This document shows, one piece after another, positions 40,357-53,890 of a DNA stretch of 64,000 nt. Within the stretch, counting starts at the first letter, position 1. Each line of letters begins with the position of its first letter. This DNA comes from Eledone cirrhosa (lineage: Eukaryota): contig OZ024740.1 in the NCBI GenBank assembly GCA_964016885.1, positions 328,786,001-328,850,000 of the forward strand, written 5' to 3'. A program made the position numbers and the translations under genes. The notes below the pieces were generated by a model that worked only from the letters and a program-made list of their open reading frames with translations, was not told where the DNA came from and ran no database searches.

Positions 40357-43300
40357 ATGGCAAAAAGTACAAGTCTCCTTCGACCAAATCGCAACTACAA
40401 CCATTGTATACAGTGGAGCTACGAGCTTAACAAAGAATTATATGAAGCATACAAACAATCTGAACCCCAAAAGCTCGGTTTTATGCAAAGGTTAAAAACT
40501 TTATTGTACTCCAAACACCCAGAATTAGACTTTTCTCCAAAGCATTTAAATGAACAGGCAAGACGTATCATTAGATGTAAATTGATTCATCTAACGGAAT
40601 TGAGTGATACTACAAATACAGCCCTTGTAGACAACCACCCCACCTCCAGTGACAGACAAAGAGAACGGCCAGCTAAATCTAACAGTGAACAGCTCACCAA
40701 CAATTTTGCTGAAATCCATCCCACTTCCACTGAAGAACAGCGAGAAAGGTCAGCTAACTCTAGTAGTAATTGTCACCACATCAACAACGAGGTTGAAATT
40801 CATGATTCTACTGAACAAACAGAACACCAAAAACTTGTGGACACCTTACAAGTGATATGGAATGATATGTTTCAAGAGGTAAACAGCCTTAATGTGAGTG
40901 ACAGACCATACAACACCAGAATCAGTAAAAAACCCACTAAATTGGAATTGGAAGCGGTGAACGAAATAGCTGGCAATTATCTGAAGGCTATACGATCTAA
41001 AGGTGTCGAAATGACATTTGAAACGCTTAATATTTTGTTATATGTTTCAGCTGTCACATTGCTATCATATAACACACATCTAAAACCACGCAATCAAGAT
41101 ACAAACAGAAAGCCTGAACTAGCGTGGATGCGAAATTTAAAAAGCAAAATTCTGTCCCTGAGACGAAGTATCTCACACATCGCAGTCGTTATGAAATGCA
41201 ACATAGAGAGCAACTTCACACGACACCAGGAAGACCTAAAAAAAAGTTAGAGAGACGATATGGAGATACAAAATTTAAAACTTTGAACACCAAATTACAG
41301 CAGTTGAAACAACAACTCACAGCTACAACAGAAAGACTAAAATATAAGTCAACAGCACATAAACGATAAGTGCTAAATAGATTGTTTGCCAGAGATCCTA
41401 AATCAGTTTATCGCAGCTTCGGTGGCAAAAGCTCAATCCCTGTAAATGACACCCCTTCAAAAGAACAGGTTGAGAGCTACTGGAGATCTGTATGGGAAAC
41501 GAATGACGGATTCAACAGACAAACTAATTGGCTAAAAGAACTGGAACAGGACTACTGCCAACATGTCCAGACAGAACAATATGACATGGATGGGTCAATA
41601 CTGAAAACAGCTCTACAGAAAATGTCGAATAGGAAATCGCCAGGCCCAGACCTCATTACAGGATACTGGTTGCAGAATTTCACTTTCTATCGGCAAGATC
41701 TCATACGGCTGTTTACGGAAACCATTAAAGGCACACAAGAACTGCCCAGATGGTTATCAACTGCCACTACTCTCCTCATTCCCCAAAATATCCAAACCAC
41801 CCTTGCTAAAAATTACCGCCCAATAGCCTGCCAAAACATCATGTATAAATTATATACTGGGTGCCTTAACCTGTTCTTACAGGATCACTGTGCTACCAAC
41901 AACATCATAACACCTGAGCAAGCTGGTGGAAAGAGGGAGGTGTGGGGTTGCATAGATCACATACTAACTAATAAAATGATTCAGGAAAAAACAACAAAGA
42001 ATCGCAGAAACATGACTGTCGTGTGGCTGGACTATCAAAAAGCATTTGATAGTGTACCTCATGGGTGGATTATTAAGGCTTTATAGTTAGCTAAAGTTCC
42101 ACAACCATTGGTAGCTGCTGTTGAACGCCTGACCAAGAACTGGTACACCAATTTGATCTTTAGAGGTGAGAAGGAGCAGGTTAAGACTGATAAGATACAT
42201 TACCAGAAGGGCATCTTTCAGGGTGATAGTTTGTCAGTGCTACTCTTCGTTCTCTCACTGAATCCACTCAGGAAACAAGGTGGAGAAAGAAGTGGGTCCA
42301 GAAGTATCTCCCATCTTTTCTTTGTCGATGACTTGAAGTTGTATATATCAATGACATCAAGAAACAATTGGACCTCATTACACAATTCTCAACCGACATC
42401 AAAATGAAATTTGGTGAGTCCAAGTGTGCATATTTGGCAGTAAAACGTGGAAGAGCTGTGCCCTCCTCTAGAAATCTAGAGATGAACGGCCTGACAATAC
42501 AACCTCTACAGTCAGGTGACAACTACAGATATATTGGACAGGATGAGAATGTCAGATATGATGGACCCATAAATAAGGAGAGAACCAGAACTGAATATCT
42601 CAGAAGAATAAAGAAAATATGGTCATCAGAACTGTCAGCGTACAACAAATACATTGCCCACAATACTTATGCTGTGCCAATTCTAACGCCAACATTTGGC
42701 CTGCTGAACTGGGCATTGCAAGAACTAAGTGAGATGGATGTTAGAACTCGCAACTTCTCAGTGTTACTGGGAACTTTAACATCAATGGTGATGTAGACAG
42801 GCTATACTTCTCACGCAAGGAAGGTGACCGGGGTCTAAAATCAATATTAACAACATATGAGACCCGGATAGTAACACTGAAGCAACACCTTCAACAGAGG
42901 AAAAAGGTTGGCAACCATCTTGCCCAGGTTTATGAGCATGAAAAAAAAATATCATTAGAATAACGACTGATCTGGAGGAGATATATGGAATAAAGCCTGA
43001 TATAAATCTCTCACCCAGAGAAATCGGAAGATCCTATTCAATGTTCAAACAAGATAAAAAAATTGACCAATTTACAGAAAAAGTTGTGCATGGATACTTG
43101 AGACGTAAAACACAGACCATAGAGGGGATAAACCACTCAAAAAGCCTGGCATGGAGTTCCGACAAGTTTATGACATCACACCTTGAGGGATATCTCTATG
43201 CAATACAGGAAAAAGAACTCCCTACCAAATATCTGCTGCACAAAAGAGGAGGGCCAGCAGCTGACAATAAATGTAGGCTATGTAAAACAAAGATCGAGGA

Positions 43301-43844
43301 TGTAAGCCACATTGTTGCCAGCTGCGAAAGAATGTCATCTCGCTACTACCTCCCCATGAAACACGATGGGATAGCTAGAACCATCGGAACGCATTTCGGA
43401 AAACAAAATTAACAACAAACGAGGAAGAATATATTGAGACAGATGGCACTAAGGAATACTGGTGGAACCTGAAAATAAAAACTGCCACCAAAATTAAAGC
43501 ACAACCGGCCTGATATTGTTGTTTGGGACCACACATTGAAAACGTGTTCTGTTGTGGAGATCAGCTGCCCACTTGGTATAAACGTTGTCAGAAAAATACA
43601 GGAGAAGGAGGACATCTACGGACCATTGATGAGGAGTTTACAAATCCAGTGTCCAAGATACACCTTTAGCTTCATACCCATCATTATTGGAGCTACGGGT
43701 TATATACCAACCCGCTTGGACCAAAGTATGATTGAACTTGGATTTGCGGACAAAAAGCGCAGCTCCCTAATTCATAGTCTACAAATGGCTGCGATAGCTG
43801 GCACCTTCAAAATTTGTAAAACATTCTTGCGATTCAAGGGATGA
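40357..43844 (+). pseudogene. R4-like polyprotein with stops and frameshifts
   Basis: N-terminal WSYELNKEL..GFMQRL..EQARRII; RT motifs SPGPD, NYRPIAC, EQAG, WLDYQKAFDSVPH, GIFQGDSLS, HLFFVDDLKLY; zinc knuckle CRLC..HIVASC; endonuclease KHD, HNRPDIVVWD, VVEISCP, EKEDIY. Confidence 0.93.
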
Positions 43845-44411
43845 CAATTTCTTTTCTTTTACAACCTTGCCACCAGGAAGATGGCCGGTCAAAAAAATAT
43901 ACTCGAAATTAAGAGAAAGAGATAAATGCGTAAACATACACGTATATTTATGAATATATATATATATTTTTGTTTTTTATAATGATGCTCTGGGCATTAT
44001 TATTTTGTTTTTGTTTTTATACAAATATGGTGTTATCGATATTTCTACAAATATACATGTGTGTATTAAACAGAAACAATATTGACTTGTTTTCCCACAT
44101 CTAACTGTGTCTATTATTTAGTGCAATTGTTTTCAGTTGTGTATACATAAAAGTGACAAGAGAAATCTGTGGATGAACAAGTTCTCGTTACTTTGAAATT
44201 GCTCAGGAATATGTGTAGTTTAGTATAGCTTGTTATTTATTTTAAACAATGTCTACTTTTACATAGTTCGATTACCACCATGAATGATACTTTTTCTCTA
44301 TATAATCGATATAGTATTTTGTTTGTGTTTACATTTTACTGTTGCCTTCGAGCTAAACAAATTTAGTTTCTCTGAAATATGTTAATATGTCGTGTGTGAT
44401 AATGTGTGCAC

Positions 44412-44494
<83 letters not shown>

Positions 44495-44495
<1 letters not shown>

Positions 44496-45000
44496 CAACG
44501 CCCACACACATACACAAACACACACTCACACGTACACATACACACAAGAAAAACAAAAGCTCACAGGCATACACACACACACACATACCAGTGTGCACAC
44601 ATCAACTTCATAAGACTTTGAGACAACCACGTGGCCACACATACACATAGGCTTAAGCCACGCACATCTACCAATTTCTTCCCTTCAGCACATACACAAC
44701 TACACCCATGAAACTCCCGTACACTCCACTTTGGCCCCCAAGGCTGGACCTTTTGCCCACCTCCCCCTACCTATATTTCTCCTCCCAAACCCCTTTTCTT
44801 AACTTCTTCTCCGAACCTTCACCCATTCTCATCCGAAATTACTTGAAGAAGGACTTCTGTCCGAAACGTTGAACCCTTCTCAAAGTTCTCCAAGCGTGAA
44901 CCAAATATAACTATAATTTTGCATTCATGTGTTTTGTTTTATTTCATTTATAAACAACGAAGCAAACAACGCAGTGCAATGAAGAAATATATTAGATTAA
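44495..45000 (+). mobile_element. Penelope pLTR-like fragment with degenerate HHR motif
   Basis: CA/C-rich body, then TTGAAGA a-ggac-ttct-gtcc GAAACGTT at 44843-44870 (stem I not evident); flanked by TA tracts. Confidence 0.5.
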
Positions 45001-45044
45001 CGCTATATATATCAGTCAGTGATATATATATATATATATATATA

Positions 45045-45472
45045 AGGATTGGTGCTCTGAAATAGCGATGTATACATGAATGTATGTATAGTATATTTGG
45101 CAATATACTGTATGTTTAATTAAAAACATTTAGAAGACCATACGCTTTCAGTTTTAAAGTAGTGACTATGTCACTTACTTCTTTTCGGCGAAAGAAGGGA
45201 GAGAAGCTGACAGTCTGTTTCACGTTCGTTGGCGTTTATCAGAGCCACGTTCTCCCCTGCTTCCGCCGAAAATTATAGAAGCTGGATTCTTATAGAATTC
45301 CAGTAATAATCAGGAGCTGATTATACAGAGTGATTACCGGTCCAGAAAAAATTAGGTATTAGGATTGGTGCTCTGAAATAACGATGTATACAGGAATGTA
45401 TGTATAGTATATTTAAAACTGATAGCGTATGGTCTTTTAAATTAATACGGTATATTACCAAATATACTATAC
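45045..45472 (-). mobile_element. Terminally redundant 316-nt HHR-containing unit followed by an inverted partial copy
   Basis: 45045-45098 repeated at 45361-45414; 45415-45472 is approximately the reverse complement of 45086-45157. Confidence 0.75.
45205..45246 (-). ncRNA. Type I hammerhead motif, G8A variant, GUC triplet
   Basis: ggct CTGATAA acg-ccaacgaa-cgt GAA ACAG-a-CTGT C agct; stem I extended by a long imperfect helix (45182-45204 with 45250-45272). Confidence 0.7.
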
Positions 45473-45693
45473 AGCTGGTTTCTACCACACATTCTTTGTT
45501 ATATATATATATATATCGATCAACTTATTGGTAGATCGATCGTTCATTCGATCGAGTGAGGGAAATACATAATATATAAGATACAAACATGTATTACAGC
45601 TAGGCATTTAAACATACATACGCAGAAATGTGTTTGTAGAAATTTACATGCCAAAAAATATCAATGTATTCATCTATGCGCTACCCCCACCCG

Positions 45694-45753
<60 letters not shown>

Positions 45754-45949
45754 CATATATAATATATATATATATATTTATATTTGTATACATATCTATC
45801 TATCTATCTATCTAAGGCGGGTAAAATTCCCGAGATCCATGGACGAGTTCTCTCCAGCGGTCTCTGTCCCTCATTATCGCTGCCATGTCCTGCGTCTCCA
45901 ACATGTATATATATATATACATGTATATATATGTATATATATACATATA

Positions 45950-45984
<35 letters not shown>

Positions 45985-46300
45985 TTATATATATATGTAT
46001 TTATATACACACACACACACTCATATACATATATACATAAATACATATGTGTTTCTTTGTATAAGCATGTGCGTATGTATGTGTGCATATGTGTGTATAG
46101 GTTCATGTAAGAATGTATATATGTATGTGTAAAAGCTTCGCATTGCGATAACACACCCAAAGAACAGAAATAGTGTCAATTTAAACTTTAAGAGACATGA
46201 AACTAATACATTTCAATTATACATTACGACGATATATATATAGACAAATACACACATAAACTCAAACACACACACGAGAGAGATATAGAGATAGAGATAG

Positions 46301-46346
<46 letters not shown>

Positions 46347-46651
46347 ATAGATAGAGGGGGGATATACAACTAGAGAAAGATACAGAAAAGAGCTGATGTA
46401 ACCTTTTATACTTAGGAATTTTGCCGTTCATCAATAAAATTCGTTCCAAAATGAAGTTGCAGACTATTGACCTTATATTGGGAGCTGGGCTGCAATCTTC
46501 CGGTTTCTGTCCCATCTAAAGGATGCCGCATGGATACATCAGCTAATATTTATGCACATGTGACGACTACATTCCGTTATGAATGAATAAATAAATATAT
46601 ATACATATGTATATATATATATATATATTTTTTTAAATATATATATATATT

Positions 46652-46720
<69 letters not shown>

Positions 46721-46867
46721 ATTTATGTATATATATGTATATATGTGTGTGTATATATATTTATATATATATATTTATATATATATATGTATGTATATAT
46801 ATATGTATATATATATGTATGTGTGTGTGTGCGTGCGCGCTCGCACGTGTGTGTATGTGTGTGTGTA

Positions 46868-46913
<46 letters not shown>

Positions 46914-47618
46914 AATGACAGCAGGCATTAAATAAATATATGAATCAGCAGCTAAATGAAAATAACATTTGCAAACTGACTCCGATTTTATTTTTATTTT
47001 TTTTTGTAAAAACATAAGCAACCGTTTATGTAGAAATAAGTGAGTGGTAGATAGAAATTCTTTTACAAACATACTAAATAGATAACATATTTACCCGTTT
47101 GGTCGTTCACAAACTAGCAATACGATATTCTCAAACACACAACTTCTCTCACTAAGAAGAAATATCATATGGTCATACCTAAGCATGCTGTTTATTCAGA
47201 TCATCAGAAATGCAATGTAATTAATTAGTGGTCTCTCCAGTGGGAATGTACACATTGCTACTGTTAACTTCATACTCATTATCTGCTTCTGCCTTCTATC
47301 TCGCTTTTTGTTTAACTGCTCCTTAGCTTTTTTGTAACCTTCTTTCTCTTTGTTAATCCTATCAATGTTCCTTCCTTCCTTTATCCATCCAACCATCTAA
47401 TCACACGTTCATACATCCATACGTCTATGAAATTAGGTGTATAAAAGAACAGTTAAATGAATACTGGACGAATTAGTGACCAGCCAACACAAAATGTAAA
47501 GTATATTTGACTCTAATATCTGCAGTGAATCACCCACTTACTAAATATTTGTGATTATTTTTGAATTCGATGTATCAACAATATATATATATATATATAT
47601 ACATATATCTATCTATAT

Positions 47619-47810
47619 AACGTAGGAAGTGTGGTAAGGAACCAGGTTGACCATAATTCACGAGAGTACTCGATACTTTGGGTAGTAGACTGGGTAATAG
47701 GAAAAGAGTCAGGACCCTGATGGCAGAGCTCAAGCCGTTTCGACGGCTATTTCAGAAATAGCTGTCGAAACGGCTTGAGCTCTGCCGTCAAGGTCTTGAC
47801 TCTTTTCCTA
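47619..47810 (-). mobile_element. Palindromic cassette of the 28385 family, 56-bp arms with a 1-nt centre
   Basis: Arms 47698-47753 and 47755-47810; GAA ACGGC-ttgagctct-GCCGT C on the right arm. Confidence 0.78.
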
Positions 47811-47980
47811 TATATGTATATATATCAGTGCGTTTAGATTGACAAAATCGAGGAAAACTGCTCAGTAACAAAGTAGTATATGTTATATATTTTTAATGAC
47901 CCTGAGTAACAGAGGAATATCAGCAACACACTCATACACACACACAAACACACAGAGTCACACAGACACACACACACACA

Positions 47981-48074
<94 letters not shown>

Positions 48075-48077
<3 letters not shown>

Positions 48078-48286
48078 TTCATTAAGGGTAATTAGTGATT
48101 CTTATTACGCTGCAGTTTCGCCTGTTTATCACGGGGTCATAAGGACAATAACTCTTGTCTGATGACGCTGTGATAAACAGGCGAAACTCCAGAGTAAGAA
48201 GACTCACTATTTAGCCTTAATGAAATGAATATTAAAATTCTATTTCGGTATTGAGTACTGTCTTTTCTCAGCCGCCAACTACATAC

Positions 48287-48288
<2 letters not shown>
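48075..48288 (+). mobile_element. Palindromic cassette with HHR motifs on both strands
   Basis: Imperfect arms spanning 48075-48227; tail with ttgagtac runs into (TA)n. Confidence 0.72.
48153..48202 (+). ncRNA. Type I hammerhead motif, canonical CUGAUGA/GAAA core, GUA triplet
   Basis: tcttgt CTGATGA cgctgt-gataa-acaggc GAA ACTC-ca-GAGT A agaaga (mismatches in stems I and II). Confidence 0.75.
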
Positions 48289-48369
<81 letters not shown>

Positions 48370-48619
48370 TATATATATATATGTATGTATATATATATGT
48401 ATATATATATATGTATGTGTGTATGTGCGTGCGCGCTCGCACGTGTGTGTATGTGTGTGTGTATGCATGTATATATATATATATATATGCAAAAGTTCTA
48501 TTTAAAATTGTTGGGATACAACAAGTAAATATTTTTATAACTGATATAAAGCACTCGACAAGTATTTGGAGTAGATATACGATATTAATAAATGGAAACT
48601 ATATTTATAAAACCATATT

Positions 48620-48684
48620 TATTTCATTATACATATTTCAGGGATACCAAATTAAATTATGGTATGCCTTCATCAGACAAAATA
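48620..48684 (-). ncRNA. Type I hammerhead motif, canonical core (mirror of 48847-48911)
   Basis: Exact reverse complement of the plus-strand copy. Confidence 0.78.
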
Positions 48685-48846
48685 CAATATATAACAGTTT
48701 TACAAATAAGCTTTGACGTACCCTTTTAAAATGCAACTATTATTTTTGGAAGCCATCAGGATAATGGTTGCATTTTAAAAGGGTACGTCAATGGTTGCAT
48801 TTTAAAAGGGTACGTCAAAGCTTATTTGTAAAACTGTTATATATTG

Positions 48847-48911
48847 TATTTTGTCTGATGAAGGCATACCATAATTTAATTTGGTATCCCTGAAATATGT
48901 ATAATGAAATA
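48847..48911 (+). ncRNA. Type I hammerhead motif, canonical core, AUA triplet
   Basis: tattttgt CTGATGA aggcatacca-taatttaatt-tggtatccct GAA ATATGTAT A atgaaata; 8-bp stem I with two GU pairs, long stem II. Confidence 0.78.
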
Positions 48912-48984
48912 AATATGGTTTTATAAATATAGTTTCCATTTATTAATATCGTATATATATATATATATTATTTAAAAAAACCCA

Positions 48985-49135
48985 GTCCTGGGTGAATTGT
49001 TGTTGGTGTTAGGAAGGACATCCAGCCGGAGACACCAACCCAGAAATAGTTCTTTATAAGCAAGACGCGATCAATTGATCTGACTTGTATAACCCATTCT
49101 GGCGTCGAGAATGGTCATTAAACGATGATGATGCA
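48985..49135 (+). mobile_element. SINE-like fragment with (GAT)n tail
   Basis: ggtgttaggaaggacatccagcc central motif and ttaaacgatgatgatg tail typical of RTE-mobilised SINEs. Confidence 0.5.
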
Positions 49136-49176
49136 GATGATATATATTATATGTAGAGATACACATTAAATATATG

Positions 49177-49300
<124 letters not shown>

Positions 49301-49426
49301 GATTTGACCTCCTCTGGTTGATTTGGTCCGTTGGAATTGACCACAGCTTCATAAACTACAGCGGGTGTGTTGCATTGCTGTTTAAGGGTAAAGCTTCAGG
49401 CTTACGTACAGAATACAGGAAGGTAT

Positions 49427-49469
49427 ACGTTGCTGACGATAGCTAATAAGCTTGAAACTAGTACAGCGT
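49427..49469 (+). ncRNA. Minimal type I hammerhead, fully canonical core, palindromic stem III (ACUAGU), GUA triplet
   Basis: acgttg CTGACGA t-agct-aata-agct-t GAA ACTAGT A cagcgt; lies in a copy (49385-49740) of the 27041 family. Confidence 0.85.
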
Positions 49470-49738
49470 TCCTTTGTCAGTGTTGAACAAACGAGCAACG
49501 ATGGTTGCTGGACACTACGGCTTAATATGGGATGTTTGTTTACAAACACACCGAGCATTGTAATACATGTTCGGTGAATCCATACGTACATATATATATA
49601 TATGTATGAATGTATGTATATATATATACATACTACTGTATGTCTGTATACATATATGTATGTACGTGTATGTACATACTTATATTTAACTAACAGCCGT
49701 ACTAAGAGTGGGAAATGAAATTTCGTTTCATTTTTTCC

Positions 49739-49800
<62 letters not shown>

Positions 49801-49983
49801 CTAAAATTCTGTGATTGCTTGCTTGTCTGCTTGTCTGTAATGTAATACAGCCACAGGGCGCATAATGGGAAAATACTTTGAAAGGAAGTTTCCCCTGAAA
49901 TGGGAATACAAATGAAAAAAACAAGTTTCACGTAAATCGAAGCAGCGGTTCCCGAAATATGGGGTTTTCTGGGTACCTTCATC

Positions 49984-50055
<72 letters not shown>

Positions 50056-50890
50056 AGGATAGAGAGAAAAATATAGTGGTTTTAAGAGAGTAGATTGAAA
50101 GAGAGACATAGAGAGAGGGATAGGAGACAGAGAAATAGAATGGAAGAGAGAGAGAGAGAGAGAGATAGTGGTGTTGTTGTCTATATGTGCGTGTATGTTT
50201 ATATATATATGTGTGTGTATGTGTGTGTATGTGTCAATGACCAGTGTATATAGATCACAGACACCCACATATATATATATACACCCACATATATATATAT
50301 ACATCCACATATATACATATACACACCCATATATATACATATACACACACATACATATATGTATGTATATATACACACACACACCTTTATATATATATAC
50401 ATACACGTATATATATGGGCCTTCAAGTTTCATTTCACATTATATACATGTCTATGTATATTTTAACTATTTAAAACTTATTTTTAAGTGAACATGATTT
50501 AAAAAAAGATATTTTGAAGTGAACGTGACCCTTATCAATGGTGGTCCGCCTGGATTATCCGTTTATTTTGGGATTTGAAAACGCACGGTAAGGGTACATA
50601 TAGTAAGTACAGCGAACTTTTTAAAATTTATTTTAAAATATTTTCTCTATTTGCTAAACGGGTGGTCTAGTATATATATATATATAAATAAACAAAATAA
50701 TCTAGATGTAAATATGTTAAATACAAAAATATATCTGTGGAGCTGAAACGTATAGTTATATATATGATATCTGTACAAAGTGATTATGTTGTTTCCAATA
50801 TACTTGTTTAACTAACATATTAATTCTACCGTAGAATATTCAAGAGAATTGTCACATTAAAATGTATTTAACAATATAATGTAGCATCAT

Positions 50891-50957
<67 letters not shown>

Positions 50958-51332
50958 CACACGTGTGTGCATATGTATGTATATAAATGCTTATAGACAT
51001 TTTGTGTTACCGTTCACCAGAATGTGTGTTCAATACCATAGTAGAGATTTATATTTTGTTTATCAAGGCCGAACTTTTGTCTTGTTGCTCTGCAGTTTCT
51101 CATGTGTATTCAGAAGGTCGTCAGACAAGACTCCTTGTTTGATCACCCGGTGAGCCACAGAAACAAAAAAAAACAACAACAAAACTGGAGAGCTTCATAA
51201 ATTAATTATAAATTAGTCAAATACGTTGGTTAAATAACTCTTAGGGACAGTAGAAGTTGAACAGAGACTTCTGTGTGAATCAACCACGAAATAGAGAGAT
51301 AGATAGATAGATAGAGATAGATAGATAGATAG

Positions 51333-51423
<91 letters not shown>

Positions 51424-53012
51424 TGCACATGCATACACTTATATATATTCATATGTAGTGAACGTAAAAAAATGAATGCATGCAATAACATGAAATATAT
51501 ACACACATTGCTGAGGCAGACACGGCTTGAAGATGATTTATAGCACGAGGTTTCTGCCATAATGTTAGCGGCAGGAGTTGTTGTCTGTTCCATGATGTTT
51601 GTACGTCTCATCTGGTCGTTGGTGTATGGCAGCTTTGATGTGTACTATTGCCGTTCCAGTCCTTTGCCTGCATGGAAGTAGCTGTTGTTTCCGGAATTCT
51701 TTTGGCGTTGTGTCGGAAGTCAGTATCTAAACCCCGAGATGTTTAACTTTGCTGGAGGTGATGCATATGTGTGCATTCAGGCTTGCGAAACCTGATCGCT
51801 GAAGAGATTGTCAAACGATTGAATATGGCTCTGTACTATTGATTTATAAGTGTCTATAAATATGTACTTGTTTGTGTATTGTTGTGATTGTCCCTGTTAT
51901 CATACTATCATTATTAATATTCAATTATTTTTATTCTCACTGATAAATTGTATATTGTCTGCACGTCGTTGTTGTAATTGAGTTGGTATATAAAAATCGT
52001 TGTTAATGCTTTACAATTTCCTTACTCGAGATGGGATTCATTTTAAAAATTGTTTTTGGACAGAAAGCCGACAATATAATCAGGTTATAAACCTCAACCC
52101 AAATATAGATTTACATTTCTGTATTCATATATAAACAGAGAAACATAAAGAAACAAATACTCACATACAAAAAAAAAAAAAAGATGCACACTAACACTTA
52201 TTTATACTGGTATTCACAAGAAAGACAATTTCGAGGCGACGAGAGAACGTTTAAGTTGTACCTGGAGAAATAGCAGCTATATTACCCTAAAATGCACACT
52301 CTTCTTTCTGAAACGTAGATGGACACATATTTTAATAGATTTATGTATAACATAATGTATCGGAATGATCGCTCCAGTGTCATCAATTTGTACAGAGCTT
52401 TGTGCGATCCGATTGTTCTGGACGTAAACCACAAGAACAATGAAATTAAAGTTGCTTGTTGTATATCTCAATTTGTAAAGAAAAGCGTTGTTAGTTACAA
52501 ATTTCCAAAGATCGTATATCCAGTCCAGTGCAGGTTTGCTCACGAGTCACAAGAGAGTGTTTATCAATCGATTGTTCTGAAGGAAGGACGTTTTTCGTGT
52601 TTCTTGCTAGAGTTAATAATATTACGTAACTTAAGGCGACTTACATAACTATATTGAAGATAATCCTGGAATTTCGAGTGTATTCTATCAGAGCCACAAA
52701 TCATGGTATTGTAGACAGATGTACTTCAAAGCAGAGACATTCTAAAATGACAGAGGGCCTCTAGCACAGTAAACAATACAAAACAGGGCAATCTTTACGT
52801 GATTTCTCGACCTGATAGAAAATTTCCCTGGAAAATTACTCTAACAACTTAAGAAGGGGGAAATATTGAATAATGTCGTCAAAGATATATTGATCATTAT
52901 GATCCCAAATCTCCTAATAGAAGATAGATGTAGTGTTGTGATATACATCTTGCACATTATAAAACATAATGGCACCCGTCACTCTCTAGGTTGGTCTAAC
53001 TGTATCTGATTT

Positions 53013-53060
<48 letters not shown>

Positions 53061-53101
53061 TACATATGTATATGTATATATATATGTATATATATACATG
53101 C

Positions 53102-53174
<73 letters not shown>

Positions 53175-53664
53175 AGAGAGAGAAACAATGCTAAAGAAAG
53201 GTGGAGGTACTATGTTTTTGAATAACAAATGAATATGACTTTGTACGTACTATTGATTTGTAAGTGTATTCTGATTATCTTTGCTCCTGATCAGGGATGA
53301 TCTAAGAAACAACAACAATAGCCCAATAACATATACATAGAAACCATCTTGATGTTTTTGTGTATGTCGATGTTATTAATTATTGAACATTATGGGCCTT
53401 GTGCCTACACCAGAAACCATTATCAATTATTAAATACTCAACTGATAAAACAATACTTCTTGTTAATTATTGACAACACTAGCGTGACAGAGAAACCAGG
53501 TCGTACCTATAATAAACACAATTTTTATATATGGATGGGTGCGTTCGACCGTGAGCGAGACATCGGAAATAGCAATACCATGGATAGTTAGCGTAGGGAC
53601 GCCTAGTCTGGCAGGTCGGCTGAAAGAGTCAGCGAACGATGTTCAGATGGATCACCGAAGCGCA

Positions 53665-53890
53665 CGATGGTGGTGGTTTAGCAGTATCGGTAGAGCGTCG
53701 GACACCATGCTTCGCAGCATAGTGTTACGGCCCCTTACGTTCTATGTTCAAATCCTACCGTGGTTAGCTTTGCCTTTCAGCCTTAAGGGGTCGATAAATA
53801 AAGCACCAGTAATGCACTGGGGTCTATTTAATCGACTTTTCCCGTCTATTCAAATTGCTGGCCTTGTGCCTTAACGAGAAACCATTATTA
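53665..53890 (+). mobile_element. Full-length tRNA-type SINE
   Basis: Head, B-box gttcaaatcc, central domain and tail. Confidence 0.85.

Larger units (their letters stand above)
39750..43925 (+). mobile_element. Near-full-length R4/Dong-like non-LTR retrotransposon (RT plus restriction-like endonuclease), inactivated
   Basis: About 600-nt 5' UTR after a (TACA)n tract, one ancestral ORF broken into pieces from 40357 to 43844, short 3' UTR. Confidence 0.92.
48490..48956 (-). mobile_element. Large palindromic cassette (arms about 165 bp) with two identical HHRs
   Basis: Left arm 48575-48742 mirrored by 48761-48956, with a short duplication near the centre; embedded in (TA)n. Confidence 0.82.

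Noticed and set aside
49920-49990. Minus-strand TTGATGA plus hairpin
   Set aside because: No GAAA after the stem, so not callable as an HHR
50580-50671. Possible Helitron 3' end (aaacgggtggtCTAGt)
   Set aside because: Hairpin not evident and no matching 5' end found
51790-51845. CTGAAGA..GAAT hammerhead-like motif (similar case near 57620)
   Set aside because: GAAT instead of GAAA and weak stems; cannot be distinguished from chance
52277-52648. Overlapping 88-109 aa ORFs on both strands
   Set aside because: No recognisable motifs; not supported as an exon
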